Part shown: positions 59,701 to 64,000 of the stretch, one piece after another
Layout: the number at the start of each line of letters is the position of its first letter
Position numbering within the stretch: position 1 is the first letter of the stretch
The notes under the pieces: model-generated
Database searches by the model: none
What the model saw: the letters and a program-made list of their open reading frames with translations, nothing else
Told to the model about the DNA's origin: nothing
Position numbers and translations under genes: made by a program
Origin: Setoptus koraiensis
Taxonomy: Eukaryota; Animalia; Arthropoda
Assembly (NCBI GenBank): GCA_048013815.1
Contig: CM106585.1
Location: 21,700,001 to 21,764,000, forward strand
Length of the DNA: 64,000 nt
Direction: 5' to 3'

Positions 59701-62700
59701 TGAAGCGATAAGTGCGACTAAGTGCTAAGAGAAGAAAGAAGCGCAAACAAACCCACAACGCCAAGAAAAAAAACGGAATAAAGTAACGGGGAGAAGTAGT
59801 GAAAGAACGGGGAGGAACGTTAGGTAGAAGTAGAAGAGGGACCGGAGACACGTACACAGAGAGGATAAGAACAAAGTAGTGAAAAAATAGGAACGGAAAG
59901 GAGAGAAAAAAAAAAGGTCAGGAGACAGCACACAACAGTGAGACAATTAGGAAAGTGACGAGGGAGGAACAAGTAAAGGAGTACAGGAGAGGGTGAAAAC
60001 AAAGAAGTGAACTGGCAAAGGAGATTCCACTAGTAGAGGGAAAACGAGTAGAGACGTAAAAAAGTACACCCGGAAGAGAAAGATTTGAGAGGGCAAAACG
60101 TAGCGAGAGCGAGGCACGTAAGCGCGAAAAAGAAGAAAGAAGGAAGGGTGACAGGTAGACGACGAGCAACGCAAGTAAAGGTGAGAGAACGGATAATAGC
60201 GGTCGGTTAAAGCAAGACGACAGCGAGGGAAGTAGACGATCAAGCCGAAAAGCAGGAAAGTAAGAGTTAGAAAGTAGAGAGGAAGAACGTGAAGAGGTGC
60301 CTTAAGAGAAGAGAGAAAAGCACACAGGGATGAAGGAGAAAGGAACAAGGAAGAAGAGAACAGAAGTAGGAGCAAGGAGGAGGACGTAGTGGCGGCGATG
60401 GCGGAGTGGTGCAAGAGAGGCGAACGGCAGTAACTAGGAAAGAAACACAGGTGATGAGATCGTGCAAAGAAAGGAAGACAGCCGAGAACGTTAGTGGAGA
60501 AGGTACTAGTAAAGAAAGAATATATTGAGTCAGTTTAAGTATAAAACAGATTTTGAAGCAACGAGAGAAGGAACAAAAAAGAGAACGAAAGTAAAGAAAG
60601 GGGAAAAGGAAAAGAGTCAAGTGGAAGAGATATGAGTGTAGAACAGAAAAAGAGGAAGAAGAAAAATATGACAGACGTAGCTGAAAAAGAAGAAAAAAGG
60701 TGGATGAACAGTAAGGTAAGAAAAGAAGAAGCCAAGGCTGGAGTAAAGGCAGGTGGAGGAGGTAGTAAGTACGTGACGAGATTTTTATTGGGCCGGCCGG
60801 ACAAACGAAAAAAGGAGGAAGGGGGAAGGGAAGGAGAAGGAAAAAGTGTAAAGAAAAAAAGTGACGAAAGGAGGAAGTGAAAAGAAAAGAAGATGAGGAA
60901 GGAAACAAGCAGAGTGAAAACAAAGAAAGACGAAGAACAAGTAGTAGAGGAGAAGACGAAGAGTAAGAGTAGAATAAGTTGAAAAAAAATGTAGAAAAGG
61001 AAGTGGAGGCCAAGATGAAGCGGAAACGAAGGTCTAAGTTGAAGTAGAAAAGAATAAACAACAGTGGTATGGACGCAGTCAGAAAAGAAGAGAAGTGAAG
61101 GAGGAGTAAACAGAGGCAGGAGTAGCGGAAAAGAAAAAAAAACAAGAGAGGGGATGAAGGTGCAGGAAAAGGGGAGTGAGAAAAGTGCCAGGATGGGTAG
61201 GAAAAAGGAAGATAGGAAGTAAGGACAGAAAGGGAAGGAGCACGCAGAGGGTAAGGAGACCAAAAGAAAGAAAAGGAGAAAGACGTGGAATGAAGAAGGG
61301 AGTATGAGACGCACGAAGAGTGAAGTAAAAGGTGGGGACAACGTGCGGTGAAATGGAAGGGTATGGCGACAGGGGAGTAAGTAGAGGAAGGGAAAGGAAA
61401 ACACAACAACAACAAGGACGAAGAAACGACAAGAAGGAGAGAGTAAAAAAGTAAAGAACGTGAAGTAAAAGTAGAAAGAACAAAACGAGTGACGCAAACA
61501 AGACAGGAGGGGGAAGGTAAGTAAAGAAAGACAAGTAAGTCAGGGAAGAGAAGAAAAGAGAAAGGGAGGAGGTACAGGACATGTGGAAAAGTAAAGGAGT
61601 ACTGAGAAGAAGTACATTTGACCACCTTGAGTGAAAAACAACAGCAGTTGTCGAAAGTAAAGCAACAAAAAGTGAGAAGAGAATGAACACGAGAGAGACA
61701 GAGAAGGAGAGGGAAGGGGAAAGGAAAACAAAGTACAAAACAAAGCAAGGCAAGAAGGAGGAGAGAGGTAAGGAACAACAAGGCAACAAGAGTAGAAGGG
61801 AGGGTGAGATAATTGAAGAGGTGAGTAAGCAAGCTGGAAGGTTAAGGGGCGAGAAGAGAGAAAAACAGGAAAGGCCCAAAGAAAAGAAAGTTGGGAGAGA
61901 GGGAGTAAGGAGAACAGGCAGTAACAGGAAGGTGAAGGGAGACAGAATAAAGACAAACGGGAGTAAAAACGCCGGCGGACAAGGTTTAACAAAGACAAGA
62001 AACTTGCGAAAAGTCAAGAAGGCGGCTTGAAAAGAAGGGAGACAAAGGAAAACGCAAGGAAAAAAGAGGGGAGCAAGCAGAAGCGGAGAAGCAGAGAAGG
62101 AGAAAGGGAGGAGTGAAGTGGAAACACGGAGAAGAAGACCTTAGTAAGAAAAAAGAAACTAGGACACAGGAGTAGTGGGACAAGTTACGTGACAGAAGAC
62201 GGGTGGGGAGGTTGAAGAGAAGAGAACAGTAAAGAATGAACCAGCAGATTTTTGAAGGCACAAAACGTAAAAGAGTTAAGGTAAGGAGGAACAAGGTGTA
62301 AACCAAGACTAAAAGCAGAAAAAAAAAAAAGACAAAAGGAGAGAACGTAAGAGGTATATAGTGACATTGTGTTGCGACGTGGCGGAGACCACAGTCCCAA
62401 CCCGGAAATGTGAGAGCAGAAGATAAAGTAAGTGTGAAGAAAAATGATGGAGTAGCGAGCGCTCGGAGTCCGGAGAAAAGTGAAGAGAACAAAAGATGTA
62501 AAAAAGAAACGAAGAGAAAGAAAAAAGGAGTAGAAGGAAAAGTACAAAGGAGAAAGAGAGGGGAGACGAAAACAGTAAGAGTAAAAGCGAGAAGGGACAG
62601 CGTAGAAACAAGAAGTAGTAGGGGATGGAACAAGAAAAAAGGAGGCACAAAAGAAGAAGATTTAAAGAAGGTAATAAAAAGAAAAGTGTTGAGCGGAGCT

Positions 62701-64000
62701 AAAGGGGAAACAAGGTAAAGAAGGGAAAAAGTATAGAGAAGAGGGGATGGTTACGAACGGAAGACAGATAAAAGGCTAAAGGAGTAGGAGCAGGAAAGGA
62801 GAAAGTACAGGGAAAACATCTAAACAAGGAAGAGGGAGGAGGTGAAGTAACGCAAGAAGAAAGTGAAGTAGAAAGTGAAAGGGAGAGGTGAAGGACTAGA
62901 CGAAGGAGTAAAAAAAAAGTAAGCAGAGAGATGGTAAGAAGTCAAGAGGGAACGAGTATAAAGCAAAAGCTAGTAAAAAAGACAAGGTCATGAAGTAAGT
63001 GAGAAACGAGGAAGGTAGTACGGGAAGAGGCGAGTAAGAAAGTAAAGAGGAGGAAGATTGAGGAAAAAGAAGTAAGCGGTAGAGAAGTGAGAAAGTACAG
63101 GGAGGGTGAGAAGTTGAGGAAAGTAACAAGCCAAAAACACGTAGTGAAGGTTAGCCAAGAGAGAAGAGTAAGTAAAAGAAGAGAACAGTAAAGGTGTCGC
63201 AAACGTAGGAAAAGAAGCACAGGAAGGAGTGAAAAGAGTGGAGGCAAAAAGGTGGAGGCGTGGATTAAAGGAAGAAGAAGACAAAGCAGGAAGGGACTAA
63301 TAGTGTAGAGGAGAGAAACAAGAGTGATCGAGGATAAGTAAACGGGATAAAGAGAGAGAAGAAAAAGCGTGAAGTAGCGAGACAATGGTAAAGTGAACAA
63401 AGAGTAGGAAGTGGGATAAAGTGAAACAGTTAAATTTATGAGAGGGGTCAGGTAAAGAGAGAAAAGGGTAAGGGACTTGAACTACAAAACAAAAAAGAAA
63501 CGGAAAGGGAACACTAAGGAAAAGGAAGCAGAAAAAAGCACGGCAGAAGGAGTAGGGAGTAAGCGTAAAGTGACAGGAGTGAAAGTAGGGTACAGAGTAG
63601 ATAGCCGGTGGTAGTGTTAAAGGAGTGGGAAGAAAAAAGATGAAAGAAAAGAAAAAAGGGAAATATAGAGCGAGAAACGGGCAGTAAAAGGGTGGAGAAG
63701 TTAAGACAGAGAAAGAAAGCAGTACGGAAAGTGAAAGTCACGAAAAAGCGAAAGATGTGTATAAAGACAAGGGAGGAACAACAAAAGAAAAAGGAAAAAA
63801 GGGGCAGTAAAAACTGAGAATCAGGGTAATTATTTTTGAGCCAAGAAGAGGCTGAGAAAGGAGGCGCACAGAAAAAGGAAAGAATTTTTGTTTAGGATAT
63901 TTTTTTGAGCTGGAAAAGAGGGAGGGAAAGTAAAGTAAGATTAAAAGAAGGAGAAAAATGCGTGAGAAAGGCGGCTAATGTACAGAGATAACAAGGAGCA
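56787..64000. other. Aperiodic G-rich then A/G-rich low-complexity tract, probable sequencing/assembly artefact
   Basis: Line 58441-58500 is 50/60 purine (35 A, 15 G). There is no repeat unit, T occurs mostly as GT and C mostly as AC/GC, and onset is abrupt after long G runs at 56812-56834. Confidence 0.75.

Noticed and set aside
57107-63741. Many long minus-strand F/L/S-rich ORFs (up to 521 aa) and K/E/R-rich plus-strand ORFs
   Set aside because: They arise because TTA/CTA/TCA are rare in a purine-only strand. They show no motifs, overlap in all frames, and the region is likely artefactual.

Overview
Eukaryotic (animal) genomic DNA. It looks like a compact, intron-poor arthropod, most plausibly a mite; this is inferred from gene content, ~90-170 nt introns and abundant CAA/CA/GA microsatellites, not from a database match. 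Positions 7.0-32.8 kb are gene-dense: LAMTOR2, a decayed biotin-protein ligase copy, ACAT1-type thiolase, a LAMTOR2 3' remnant, intact HLCS-type biotin-protein ligase, RECQL5, an acid-lipase family gene, a ~1314-aa type I membrane protein with four PAN/apple modules flanked by two orphan small secreted ORFs, PLPBP/PROSC and a very long, divergent SLC41 (MgtE-like) transporter. Positions 33-56 kb are mostly non-coding, with a few candidate exons, the first coding exon of a class A GPCR, many short tandem arrays and several near-perfect hairpins. From ~56.8 kb to the end the sequence is aperiodic, ~80% purine and most likely a sequencing/assembly artefact; the long F/L/S-rich ORFs there are not genes. 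The best-supported novelty is a local duplication of the tail-to-tail LAMTOR2/HLCS pair followed by reciprocal loss, with the thiolase lying between the copies. A second is that several genes keep their 3'-most introns while losing the central ones. All gene models were spliced by eye and need RNA-seq confirmation.
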